Shown: positions 11,290 to 22,919, counted from the stretch's first letter. The stretch is 25,708 bases of DNA from Ginkgo biloba (GCA_024626585.2 JANKJI020000004.1:152883185-152908892), one strand, 5' to 3'. The notes: generated by a model from the sequence alone, not told the origin. A program made the numbers and translations.

Positions 11290-12062
11290 NNNNNNNNNNN
11301 NNNNNNNNNNNNNNNNNNNNNNNNNNNNNNNNNNNNNNNNNNNNNNNNNNNNNNNNNNNNNNNNNNNNNNNNNNNNNNNNNNNNNNNNNNNNNNNNNNNN
11401 NNNNNNNNNNNNNNNNNNNNNNNNNNNNNNNNNNNNNNNNNNNNNNNNNNNNNNNNNNNNNNNNNNNNNNNNNNNNNNNNNNNNNNNNNNNNNNNNNNNN
11501 NNNNNNNNNNNNNNNNNNNNNNNNNNNNNNNNNNNNNNNNNNNNNNNNNNNNNNNNNNNNNNNNNNNNNNNNNNNNNNNNNNNNNNNNNNNNNNNNNNNN
11601 NNNNNNNNNNNNNNNNNNNNNNNNNNNNNNNNNNNNNNNNNNNNNNNNNNNNNNNNNNNNNNNNNNNNNNNNNNNNNNNNNNNNNNNNNNNNNNNNNNNN
11701 NNNNNNNNNNNNNNNNNNNNNNNNNNNNNNNNNNNNNNNNNNNNNNNNNNNNNNNNNNNNNNNNNNNNNNNNNNNNNNNNNNNNNNNNNNNNNNNNNNNN
11801 NNNNNNNNNNNNNNNNNNNNNNNNNNNNNNNNNNNNNNNNNNNNNNNNNNNNNNNNNNNNNNNNNNNNNNNNNNNNNNNNNNNNNNNNNNNNNNNNNNNN
11901 NNNNNNNNNNNNNNNNNNNNNNNNNNNNNNNNNNNNNNNNNNNNNNNNNNNNNNNNNNNNNNNNNNNNNNNNNNNNNNNNNNNNNNNNNNNNNNNNNNNN
12001 NNNNNNNNNNNNNNNNNNNNNNNNNNNNNNNNNNNNNNNNNNNNNNNNNNNNNNNNNNNNNN

Positions 12063-14900
12063 CTGTAGGAGGTAAAAAGTAGTAGCATGCAATAAATATT
12101 ATTATTATTAATAAGAACCTTGAGTGGGTAGCCACTCCTACATAAATGACCATACCTCATGTCACTACTATCCAATTGCAACCATGTGTCAAAGTTCCCT
12201 TAAGCTTCCAAAAGGTTTGGGAGGGAAGACTAATGTATAATATGCACAAACGAATCTCGGGTTGCCTCCCATAATGTGCAAGACAAGAAGTTTTCTTCCA
12301 AGGTCTTTGAGAGTAGAAAATAAATTCTACAATATGCTTGCCTATGCATTTTGGGTAACCTAGGGAGGGAGTAGGCTACAAGAACTAGGTTGGGGCAGGG
12401 AGCGGGGGAAGGAGTCGTCGAGGAATGGATATGAGAGGTGTGGCTAATAGAGGTGAAGCATAGGAAAGCATGGTCAACAAACATTAGGTGATAAAAGACA
12501 CAAAGATCTGAAATGGTTGGGATCAAGGACAAGATAGTCAAGATGTAATTTTTTGTGCTAGTCCACCTAATCTGTGAAAAATACATGTAAGTATTGGAAC
12601 CTAGGAATTGTGAAAGACCACTTCAAAATAAATAAATTAAGAGCAAAACTAAATAAGTGCCATCCATAGGTTGTTAAGCAACTCTGCCCCTAGAGCATGA
12701 CTATCTCTTTCATGCTTTGTGCCTAAAATTAGTCCACGAATCCAAGGCTTCCAAATGTTTGCCTTCCTATCCCTGTTAGGCATGAAAACCTAACTTATCT
12801 TTGATCATTGAAACCAACTTTCTTTTCTCTTATTCATGACAACTAAAAGGCAAAACACCTTCCTTATCATTAGAAGATTCTACTATTTTTAGATTCTGAA
12901 GAGTACCTGATAAGCAAGAGGGGCTCATTTGTTATTCATCGTTGTATTACTACCTTTTAAGAAGCATTGTTAGGAGAATGCAAGTTGCAATACTAATAAG
13001 TTCAATAAGACTCACAATCCTATTTAGTAGGATTCACTATCTAAGGAAACAACTCTTTTCTCCAAGGCAACAGAGAGTAGGATAGAGACATCTTCCCTAC
13101 CCTTTTATTCTTGGAAAAAAGGTTCTAGCCCTTAAAGCATATAACTCAAAGAAATGTGTTGAGTTTAAAGCCTACCATCATACTCTTTCTAAAGAGGTCA
13201 ACCTTCTAATGTTGAAATTGATCCAAATAATCATTGAGAAGAGTATAGTCTTTCACATTCCACACCTTTTGTCCCATCTTCATCAAGCTAATGCACAAGA
13301 TCAAACCAATTACTCGTCATAAAAACACTTTATATTTTATTGAAAAGTCATTCAAAGCAACTTTCCATGACTCTGGTGAGGTTGATGTATAATGTATGGT
13401 TGGGACCCACCTACATAAATTTCTTTAGAATGAGAGAAGGTGGAAACTTTATTCTTCAAGGAAGAAATCTATTCTCAAAAGAGGCCGTTGCATTCTGAAT
13501 TTGGCTTAGGGAAAGTTGAGACCAAGTTAAGGTTTGTTATGACTATTTCGAGCAAAGAGTTAGGTTGGATTTTGACCTTTATCGGCTACTCACACTTCCA
13601 CTAGTAACAATTGCATTAGCTTGGGAGTTTCATCTCTCAATCAAAGTCTAGTGTCCAATGACATTGTGACCTTGTGCAAGCATCTCACCAACCTTCTCCT
13701 AATTTGGCACCTAAAAGGTCAATCCTTAATCCTATGTTTCGTACCATTGCATCTAAAACATGCATTGGGGATATTTAGATACAAAACTTTTTCTTTAAAC
13801 ACTTTATGACCACACTATATTTCAATTTCCTCTCTGAGATCCTAATAAAGGGAACTAGGATATAAACCCTTTTATTGGGCTGAGGGTAGAAGAGCCTATT
13901 ACTAAAACAAATTTGCATATGGTGCTATAAGGATATCCAAAAACTCTTAAGAGGGGATTGGCAGGCTATAAAAATCTACCCAAGTTGAGCAATGCAAAGA
14001 AATTGAAGATTCAACAAAGAAATCTTCAACCCAATGGCTAGACATGACTAAGCTTCTTCAACACATCCACAAACCTATGATGAGGATATAACTACTACTT
14101 TCAATATTTTAAAAAAAGAGGAATAAAATCTCTTAGGGAGGCTTCAAATAGAATGCACCTCCCTCTCCTTAACCCAAGATTGTAGTATGACCCCTACCAA
14201 CAAAGTAACCAAATAAACTATTAGCAATAAGATCACAACATTATCAAAATGCGAAGGATCTATAATCACATTAAGGACCAAAGGTTCATCTCATGGAACT
14301 TTGGCAAGACTTCTTGGCACCATTTGTATTGCCTCTAGTGTCAAAGGTTGGTATGGGATTTGCAACTTTTTATGTAGCATTCATATGAGACTATAATTAA
14401 GACAAGCTTTGCCACATTGGCTAGGGTGACCATCCCCAAAGTGTGGTAATGGGATGTGACTTAAAGAATTATACACCTATAATCAAGCTATGATTGTTAG
14501 AGGTGCCAAGCATTAAGGCAAGGGAAAGAAATCAAACATGGAATATTGAATACAACCTTCCATCCTTACCCCTCCACAATCAAACCCCATGAAAGCTCTT
14601 TCTTAGTGTAATTCAACAAATTACAAGTTCAAATCCATGTTAGAATAACTTTAGTAAACAATGAGGAACTTGAGAGGTCTTTGTTGGCGAAATGTGGGTT
14701 GAAAGAGGTCTTTATGTTCTATTCACAATAAATCTACTAAGAAAGGATTGTTGCTAGCAAACAATGGCCACTACAAGATCATTTGATGATCTATAGAGGC
14801 ATGGTAAAAAATCATGTCTCTAGGTTCCTTTGAAGATTCATTTTACTTTTCTATGCCAAAGGATTGATCCAAACAAATCACAAATATACAGTTTGAAAAA
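12063..14900 (+). mobile_element. Highly decayed L1-type LINE ORF2 (endonuclease end, RT, C-terminal region)
   Basis: Ordered degenerate motifs on the + strand: TRTRLG..EEW (~12375-12430; RLDR..W), KIKPITRHKNTLYFIEK (~13297; RPISLxNxxYKIIxK), QGRNL and KVCYD..VRLDF (~13455-13575), PSPNLAPKRSILNPMF (~13690; PSRGLRQGDPLSPxLF), FAYG (~13912; FADD), W/ARVTIPK..GM*LKELYTYNQAM (14418-14492; WxxVxxPKxxGGLGxxxLxxFNxAL). Boundaries approximate. Confidence 0.75.
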
Positions 14901-15155
14901 AATTGAATCCATTTTTAAGACTCCAATGCTTTTGAGAAAGGAGAACAGCTCATAACAATGAAGATCTTGATATATAAACAAAACAAATATATACATTTGA
15001 AATAGATAACTCGCAAACTGTTAAAAAACAGTTTGGAACTAAAGCTATGATACCCAGCATAGAGAAAGTAACTAAATATACACCTTTTCCTTCCCCAACC
15101 ATAAGCAAATAAAAATGCCCATAAATTTCATGGTATAAAGAGCAAAAATGCATAC

Positions 15156-15562
15156 CCGTTTTCCCCATTCAGATGCTCGATCAATCAGGTATGAATATTC
15201 CAAATCTTCAAAACATTTTTGCAAGGAAGAAAGCGGCTCATTAAAGTACACTGGAAGACAAACACCAGAGAGATCCTTTCCAATATTGTCTTTTATAATT
15301 GACCAGAGGCCAACTCCTTTCTCCTTTTCCTTTGGTTCGGGCAACTTTTTTCTTCTCTTGACATAAGGGTAGTCAAAACCAACCATTTCCATATCTGCAT
15401 CAACCCCGTTCACAAACTCTACAAGGGGAGACTCTTTATCATCTAAAATCACATCATGTGAATCTGCTGATCTTTGCCCATATCCCAAACCTGTGCTTCT
15501 TAAAGAATCTGATGATAAAAACTCCTTTGTGTCAAAAAATGTATCCTCATCCTCGTCTGTTT
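15156..15562 (-). CDS. ORP1D: Oxysterol-binding protein-related protein (ORP1D-like), exon portion with FFAT-like motif and N-terminus of the ORD domain
   Basis: Intact frame [23 protein letters not shown]...[72 protein letters not shown], ending at the phase-0 donor CGG|GTATGC (15156). [18 protein letters not shown] is the ORP1D-type variant (ORP1C type: SLWSMIK..DLTKVCLP, from recall). The 5' boundary is uncertain (see findings). Confidence 0.93.
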
Positions 15563-15805
15563 CTATTGTTTCAAACTCAATGAATGTTGTTCCTTTTATT
15601 GCTTCGTAACTTGATGCAGAACTAGATGGAATGCTTTTCTTTTCCAAAATATAAAGAACCGTGTTTTGATCTCTTCAGACTCAATAACAAAGGGTAGGTT
15701 ACTAANNNNNNNNNNNNNNNNNNNNNNNNNNNNNNNNNNNNNNNNNNNNNNNNNNNNNNNNNNNNNNNNNNNNNNNNNNNNNNNNNNNNNNNNNNNNNNN
15801 NNNNN

Positions 15806-15906
15806 AAACTCCTTTGTGTCAAAAAATGTATCATCATCCTCATCTGTTTCTCCATCTACTCCATCTTGGCTTTCATTCTCCTCCTCTGATTCTGTCGCAC
15901 TTCCTT
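15806..15906 (-). CDS. ORP1D: ORP1D-like exon 5' portion (acidic tract and FFAT-like motif), cut by a 100-N gap
   Basis: Acceptor ttatttcAG|AA at 15908-15907. The phase-1 join with the upstream exon gives (G|AA)=E, then [33 protein letters not shown]. Confidence 0.88.
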
Positions 15907-16599
15907 CTGAAATAACAATTTTCCATGCAAATAGATAAGGGTCAAGAAACATCCTCTAGGACCTATTCATAAAAGTCTATCAATAAGAAAAGGAAAACAT
16001 CTGGCAAGACTTTCCCTAATTTAAAATGACAGATCATCCAATCCTTTATTCGTGAATGCATACAAGCAATCTCTTACATGGTTTCTCATTGATAACAACC
16101 ATGTTACAAGTGATAACCGAGTACTCTGAAATTCATGAGCTAATGTAAATTATTAGAAATAAATGGTTCAAAGATTAACATTGAGCAAATGACACCAATT
16201 GGAAGGCAATTTCAAAGGACTGCATAATTGGATAAAAGCAATTGAATGAAAGGAAATACAAATAACATACAAACATTATACATAAAATGCATGTTAGGGG
16301 TTTTCAAAACATAGGCAAAGAAAGAAAGAAATTATTTTCATGCTCACAAGGGAACAAAAGCAGTCAATGGGGCCAACAAGACATCACACAATATTACATC
16401 CAAGTTGAGTGTTAATCTATGTCTACCCAAGTNNNNNNNNNNNNNNNNNNAAACTAGTGAATGTAGTGTAGGGATCAGCATATAATAGCTCTTGCGCCGT
16501 ATAACCTACGTACAATAGATGTGGATATGACCAATACAAATAAGTGGACAACTAAAGGTGGACTGCCCCAATTTCTCAAAGAAGATACATACAGAAATG

Positions 16600-17345
16600 G
16601 GACTGTACTGGCATCATTTATAAGACAATATACTGTCATTGCTCTGCAGTGCTTTCTTAGTTCCAACTTTCAGCAAATATATTTTCCTCAAAAACACCCC
16701 CCAACCATCTCCTTCCAGTTGTTCTATAATGCTTCCAACTATAGTTGAGTACAACACAAATTGAAAAGTTTCTCTATCACTAAATAGTCACAGAGGTAAG
16801 CAAACTAGCAACTATCTTTGTAACTCAAAAGATGACATTTATCATCATGTTTACCATTGTACATGTCACAGTTATCTCCCATGAGGATGCTTCTCTCCTT
16901 CATAGAATATAGCCAATAGGGCTCAACATTGCTGCAACAAAGGTACAGAGATGCTGCCGCAACCATATCATTGTTTTCTTTAGATCTGATTTTTTGTAAG
17001 AACTTGGTATCCCCAACTTTCTTCCACATTTCACATTGTTGCTTCCAATGGGAGCATGCTTTTGGTGTCACTTCTTGAATGTTCAGGTTTCTGTAATCAT
17101 GCTCGTAATATTTCTTCCATTGGTTGCAAAGTCATTCTTACCAACAATGAATTTTGTAGACCCAAACAAGTATGTCATTGCCAAATTGCCTCTCCAGCTG
17201 GCCAGTTGGTTCAGCAAAACAAACACTCCCTAATCTTCTCATAACACCTGAACTTTGATTGCTCTTAATCTTTCTACTATCCATATATCCTTACTTAATC
17301 ACAATGACTCAGAATCACGGAGCAATACACCCTATCCACGTACAA
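16600..17345 (-). mobile_element. Decayed LINE ORF2 fragment (endonuclease end and linker)
   Basis: Minus strand: VDRVYCS...SHCD...KFRCYEK, then HWKQQCEMWKKVGDTKF (L1 motif WxQxSRxxWxxxGDxNTKFFH), then a possible GDGW (GPDG). Lies inside the 2.7-kb ORP intron. Confidence 0.55.
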
Positions 17346-18236
17346 GGGATTTGTGTAGAAAAAAAAAGACCCATCTAAGGTTATAGTCTGGATAGGGTTA
17401 AGGTTGCTTATCAACACAGTCTAGGTTATGTTGCTTAGTAGGGATCAGCAGGACTACAAGATAGTTCAAGGTAACGTCATTTGAGGATTTCTATTTATTC
17501 TGCGGAAGGGGCAATACATCCCATCAGTTCACTAGGGCTTTGAGTAGTTAAACAGGGTCCAACCAGCATTGTGGCACAGAATAATGTTTTGTTAGGTGTG
17601 GGTTGTAGGCTAGCCTAGTTGGGGTTAGGTTTTGAGATGTCTTAGTTTTAGCCTCGAGATGCATTGGTATAAATCACTCTGTGGGGGATTATTGTAACCT
17701 TGTCATATTTTGTATTGCCCCTTTACTCCATGGGGTAATTTTGAATCATGGACTTTTGGTCTTATAGTTATCTTCTTCCGAGAAGCAACCTAATTTTTAT
17801 GTACTTATTTTTTATAAGTTAATACTAGTCCATACCTATGGCAATTAATTGCCATGATAATTCAAGTCATGTTGGAGGATTAAACTCTCTTATTCAAAAT
17901 ATCTTTACATTTTGATTATAATTTTCAAATTGTGATTCCATAAAAATATCATAGAAAATTTATTTAATATAACTTTGATTATTCTTTAATTTTTAATTCA
18001 TCCTAAGCACTTTCATCTTGTTGGAATGAATAATTCAACTCCGTATACACCAATTTCTCTTAATCTTAGTAGTGACAATTATGATAATTCAAAGAAATAC
18101 ATAGAAAGGCTTAACAACTTTATCTTAGGTGTAGTTAAATATACATTCAAATGAATGACATGCCTAGTTCTATAATTGAAAGGAGCTCTAAGTTTCTACT
18201 TTTAATTCGATTAGGAAAAATAATTAAATAATCTCA

Positions 18237-18372
18237 CCCCACTAGGAACCAAAATATCATCATCATAATCAAACACATGGAAAACTTACTAAAATATTTA
18301 TAACCCTACCAAGAACCAAAGGATCATCATCATAATCAAACATATTGAAAAATTGTGAACATATTTGTAGCT
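18237..18372. repeat. 67-bp tandem duplication (2 diverged copies)
   Basis: gaaccaaaNNatcatcatcataatcaaacaYatKgaaaa at 18246 and 18313. Confidence 0.85.
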
Positions 18373-18628
18373 CAAGAGATTGAATCCTTTTCGTAGGTCA
18401 ATAACTTTGGATTCCTAAATTCTTTTAAGAGAGAAGGATATTCAGATAAAAAATTAAATTTTGCACATGCGAGAGTGCTCTCCTCTAATATTTCCAATCA
18501 TGTTTACCACNNNNNNNNNNNNNNNNNNNNNNNNNNNNNNNNNNNNNNNNNNNNNNNNNNNNNNNNNNNNNNNNNNNNNNNNNNNNNNNNNNNNNNNNNN
18601 NNNNNNNNNNTGGCAATAAGTCACTCAC

Positions 18629-18728
18629 CACTATATCTTCCATTTCCAGACCCACCAGATGCATCACACTCCTTTGAATGGTGTTGGCTTTCATCAACAA
18701 CTGTGGTTTCCAGTTCTACTTTTTCTGC
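18629..18728 (-). CDS. ORP1D: ORP1D-like internal exon (end of coiled-coil region), 100 nt
   Basis: tgttatgcAG|GCAGAAAAA...TATAGTG|GTGAGT. Translates AEKVELETTVVDESQHHSKECDASGGSGNGRYS plus 1 nt, matching plant ORP1 EKx(E/D)LExTVVDE. Phase 1 fits the acceptor at 15906. Not in the ORF track. Confidence 0.9.
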
Positions 18729-18852
18729 CTGCATAACAAAATGGCACAAAACAGATGTTCAATAAGATGCTCAGAAAAGGTTTAAAAATTTATCTTACAT
18801 TTTGTACAATTTATAAGAGAAGAAATCGTCCTAATGGCTTGCTATGAAAGGA

Positions 18853-18920
18853 AAGGCTCTTTGTACAAACTGTTTATAAAGGACTCAAGGTTCTTTGTAC
18901 AAATTGTTTGTGAAGGAATC
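18853..18920. repeat. 34-bp tandem duplication
   Basis: aaggYtctttgtacaaaYtgtttRtRaaggaMtc at 18853-18886 and 18887-18920. Confidence 0.88.
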
Positions 18921-19039
18921 AAGTTTTTATGCAAGACATAGTATAACTGATGCTATGCCAAAAATTAAAAAGATGACCTCCATTTTCAAAGCCATCTCAC
19001 TATTACTCGAGCTTTTAATTAAACTAGATATTTAAGGGT

Positions 19040-19840
19040 ATCTCAAACAGATCGGCGTTCAGAAGGAAATGATTCCACCGAGAAATTTGCTTTGAGGACA
19101 TTGGCCCATTGCCTGCTAAGTGTTAGCAGGATATTGGTGATGTGGCATCTATACAGTAACACAGGCAGCAGAATACAAATGATGGATTTATGATGAAATC
19201 ACATGGCAACAACATTATGATATGGCAAGCCAAAACGATGATACAGTAGGCTCAAAGATGACATGGCAGCAGCAAGCATGACAATGGTGCCACAGAAACA
19301 GGATAGAATCCTCGCAGATGATGTCAGCCATAGAACCACAATTTATGCAGCAGGTGATCTCATCTTAGGTGCATTAATTGTAATTGTATGAGAGCAGATT
19401 TAATGAATGTGAGCTGCATGGCATTGGCCCTAGGACAGATGTTACAGCTGCAATACATGCAGGTTGGAGCACATTTATGACAAGTATGGTGGATGGCGTC
19501 TGCTCATTAAGTTGAATTAAATGAAGGCAGCAAGTCGCATTAACTGACGACATTAATGGCACATTAATTGTCATAATGAGGTGCATTAATTGTCCTAATA
19601 AAAGGGCATTCAATGTAGTCATGAATGAAAGGGCATGCATAACAAATGAAAAGTCAAAGGTGTAGGTTATGACATTTGACTTGAAAAGGCATATCATTTA
19701 CATTTATGAGGGGGAATGTATAAATAGCACAGAGAATGAGGAGATCAAATGTGAGAGCCAAGTACAAGATTCTAAGGTTTGGTGTGAGAGGCCATTGTCT
19801 AGGGTTTTGTGTGTGTGTGTGTGTATATATATGCACTGTC
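19040..19840 (+). mobile_element. LTR-like segment (uncertain)
   Basis: Recurrent short motifs (acatggca, cattaattg), then TATAAATAG near 19718 and tagggtttt. This layout is typical of plant LTR U3/R regions, but termini were not identified. Confidence 0.3.
19808..19831. repeat. Compound microsatellite (TG)8(TA)4
   Basis: Directly visible. Confidence 0.9.
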
Positions 19841-19940
19841 NNNNNNNNNNNNNNNNNNNNNNNNNNNNNNNNNNNNNNNNNNNNNNNNNNNNNNNNNNNN
19901 NNNNNNNNNNNNNNNNNNNNNNNNNNNNNNNNNNNNNNNN

Positions 19941-20300
19941 CTTGTATGAAATTTTTGTGTTTCTTGTGTTGTGAGATTGCTCATTTTGTCTCCAAGTGCT
20001 AAAAATCCTAACAAAATTTTGTTGAATGATCGTAGTCCTAGCCATTCTAGTTCTCAACTTCCTTAAGTGTGTGCCCTATGCATAACTTCATAAATAAGCA
20101 CCTTCTTTGTTCTTCGACAAGCTGAGGATACATAATCGATAAAAGATTCTCAAGTGTTTTGCACATACCTAAGATGGATGGATGACCAGCCGCTCCACTC
20201 ATGCTAGATAGCCACAGATAGATTATTGAAATAACCACGCCATATGCCCTCAATTGTATGGGTTGTAGTGATAAGAAGCCTTAATGCAATTTGTTTAAGT
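19941..20300 (-). pseudogene. Decayed receptor-like kinase domain fragment, copy 1 (PXC3/At2g41820-like)
   Basis: With frameshifts: NKLH*GFLS...GVVISI..L...ENLLSI...VLIYEVM...LEW/ARTTII (kinase subdomains I-VIa). Homologous to 21229-21500. Confidence 0.55.
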
Positions 20301-20798
20301 AGCCCCACACCTTGGACGAAGCTTTTTCTTTATGAGCGTTGCAAAATAATATATTTGGCTTTAACTATAGAATGCAATGCATACTTAGAACTATGGTCCA
20401 TAACTTTTTAATGTATTTTCCTTTTAACTTTAAAATAAAGACTCCGACTTGAAATTAATTTTAGCTCCTTCAACTAACTTTTAAACTCACTTGAGCTTAT
20501 GTAGTATAACCTTGGCCAATGCTTGATAAAGTAAAATCAAAATCTAGAATCAAAACCTTAAAAATATGTTTATGCTTGGAACTAGGCAATGACATAGTGA
20601 CAGTTTCTGCGCAAAGGAAATGATCACTGCCAAGTGACGTAAGGCAACACAAAGTACAAAAGATCTTGGCTTTGAATTTTACCAAACCTCCCAACTCTGA
20701 CCAAGCCCAAAGGCGAATCAAGGTGAGAACAAGAGGAGCCAACAATGATAAAAATGAACCTGCAGTGGCAAGAACTTGAATTATAGGCATTGCCTTAT

Positions 20799-21500
20799 TT
20801 AGATTTGATAAATATTTCTCACTACCTGATTAATCTTCATGAGTTCAACTCCGGTGCCATGCCTAAAGGATTTGAACATGCATGTCTAATTACCAAACCA
20901 TTCTCTTGTTGTGGATCAGATTATCTATCCCAAGGCCGTTTGAATGCAGATTTTGATTTATTTAACGCTTGTATGCAAATATTTGATGTCATTTTNNNNN
21001 NNNNNNNNNNNNNNNNNNNNNNNNNNNNNNNNNNNNNNNNNNNNNNNNNNNNNNNNNNNNNNNNNNNNNNNNNNNNNNNNNNNNNNNNNNNNNNNTAATA
21101 AATCATATTTTTTCTAGAAGGACCCACCAATTTAACCTCAGTAGTTGCCAAACTCTGCATGACCATGGATAAGCAACATAATTTCACATCATTGTTCTTG
21201 GATGGAATAAGAATTAATCTTGTCACATAAATTTTTGTTGAATGAGCATAGTCCCACTATCTTGGTTCTTTGACTTCCTCAAGCTTGTGCCCTGCACATA
21301 ACTTTATAAACAAGCAACTCCTCCAATCTTTTACAAAATGAGGGTACCTATGGATAAAAGATTCTCAAGTTTTTTGGACATCTTTTATCCACAGGTACCC
21401 AACTTGTGCTAGAAAACCATAGATAGCTTATTGAAATAACCACACCATGTGCCCTCAATAACATGGTTGCGGTGAAGCCTTGATGCAATTTGTCTAAGTC
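20799..21500 (-). pseudogene. Decayed receptor-like kinase domain, copy 2 (PXC3/At2g41820-like)
   Basis: With frameshifts: DKLHQGF...GVVISI..L...ENLLSIG.LI...LLVYKVM...IMLL...FGN/TEVKLVGPSR (cf. LGEIEISKLLDPSR, the non-DFG motif I recall for PXC3). After the gap: QENGLVIRHAC...APE.../KINQVVRNIYQI* (subdomain XI-like). Confidence 0.6.
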
Positions 21501-21841
21501 GAATCCACACCATCTTGGACTAAATACAACATAATTATATGTCTTACTTCCACTATAGAATATAATACATACTTAAAACCATATGGTCCAAGGCTATTTT
21601 TATGTGTTTCATATTTCACTTTTAACTTTATAAAAAGGACTCAAACTTAAAATGAAATTTAGGCTCTTCTAAATACATTTGAAATTTATGCTCATGGCCC
21701 AAAATTATCAAATATGTTAAACCCCACATTAAAATTTTAGACATTATTTTTATCAGTTGTGTACAGGTGGTGACAACCACAATTGTGAAGCTCTGCGCAT
21801 AACTTGATTTGGAANNNNNNNNNNNNNNNNNNNNNNNNNNN

Positions 21842-22450
21842 AATTCTGAAAAGTTAATCGTCGAGGTGTTTGAATCTTCAATCGACTTCCATTTATGTCC
21901 TCATATTGTCACATAACACAACCCTAATTCATAGACAATAAAAACAAAGAAGTCTGCAATATACAATATGCCTAGAATTTTGTTGTTTCAAACTAAACTG
22001 TCAAAATTACTTGCAATCAACACAAGAAACTTACTTTCTTGTGTTGATAGCGTAACAATCCAATCGATATTCATCCATCCAGGCAGGGCTTAGATTCGAT
22101 GTGCCATCATGCACAAGATAGGTGAACGACTTGTATGGTGGGCTAGACGATCTATCTCCAATGCCGTTTGAATGACCAATCTATTGATTGCATTTTTACC
22201 CAATTTCTTTGGCCCAATCTAGAGTACTCTAAGCAAGACATCTTCATATCCTCCCGACTTTGTCCTACTAGATTCCCTTTTGGCAAAATCGCCAAGACTC
22301 TTAACAAAACATGGCTTTGCTTGTCCTCTTGGCTTTGCTCTATGAGAGTTCATTTCTCACAGAATCTCCAACACTGTAAACTAAACATAGCTCTGAATAA
22401 TGCATTGGTAGTCTTTGCATAATCGACACTTGCTCCTCCATCTTGCTATT
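21842..22450 (-). mobile_element. Probable hAT-superfamily transposase remnant
   Basis: Minus strand with frameshifts: HW...SPILCMM/ESKPCL.G..IDW (cf. FW..PIxxMLRxxDxDxPCLGxIYExID) and LQTSLFLL/YELG.CY (cf. TPLHxLAYxLNPxYY). No terminal inverted repeats identified. Confidence 0.45.
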
Positions 22451-22919
22451 GTCACCCAATAATATCCTTGGAACGGGTGGTGATCATGCGGAAAACCCTT
22501 GTAGGGTCGAACGTTGCAACGGTGCCAAAATGTTGGGGGGTTGGAATGCATGCTTAGCATTCAAAATAGACTCCAATCTCAATAATTCAAACAACGAGTG
22601 AATAACAAAACTGTTTATTATTACAATGCTTCGATATAAGAGAAATGGGTGCCAACCCCTTGGCCTAGCCCAGGGGTGCCCCCCGATGCTTTTTACAAAA
22701 AAGAGTTGATTCAATCTCAAAACTAAATATGCTTACAATGATTCCCAAATGCCATTCAATAAGACTCTAAAGGAATCAGTTACATACCTAATTGCAACCC
22801 CTCCTAACTAATCTACTTCATCTTTTAATTAATAATATCTCACTTGTGACCAAGATGTACTGCAACCGACTTGATCGATTGCAACTAGCTTACTTGCTAC
22901 AATCGAGGTTTATTGAGTC

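Noticed and set aside
15640-15690. Possible third, degenerate FFAT-like copy ([11 protein letters not shown] / [10 protein letters not shown])
   Set aside because: Only about half the bases match and indels are needed. Not distinguishable from chance in AT-rich DNA.
15148-15938. Plus-strand ORFs 15148-15366 and 15666-15938 (and 18475-18765)
   Set aside because: Antisense shadows of the ORP exons.
16108-16125. Candidate 18-nt micro-exon (tttcAG|AGTACTCGGTTATCACTT|GTAAC, reading EYSVIT), reminiscent of the short YSV-containing insert I recall in angiosperm ORP1D
   Set aside because: Inclusion creates TAA at the next junction, the donor is weak and the match is short enough to be chance. Only RNA-seq junction reads could rescue it as a poison exon.
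17352-17830. Possible solo LTR (TG start, TATAAAT near 17668)
   Set aside because: No clear 3' terminus or TSD, and no second copy in the window.
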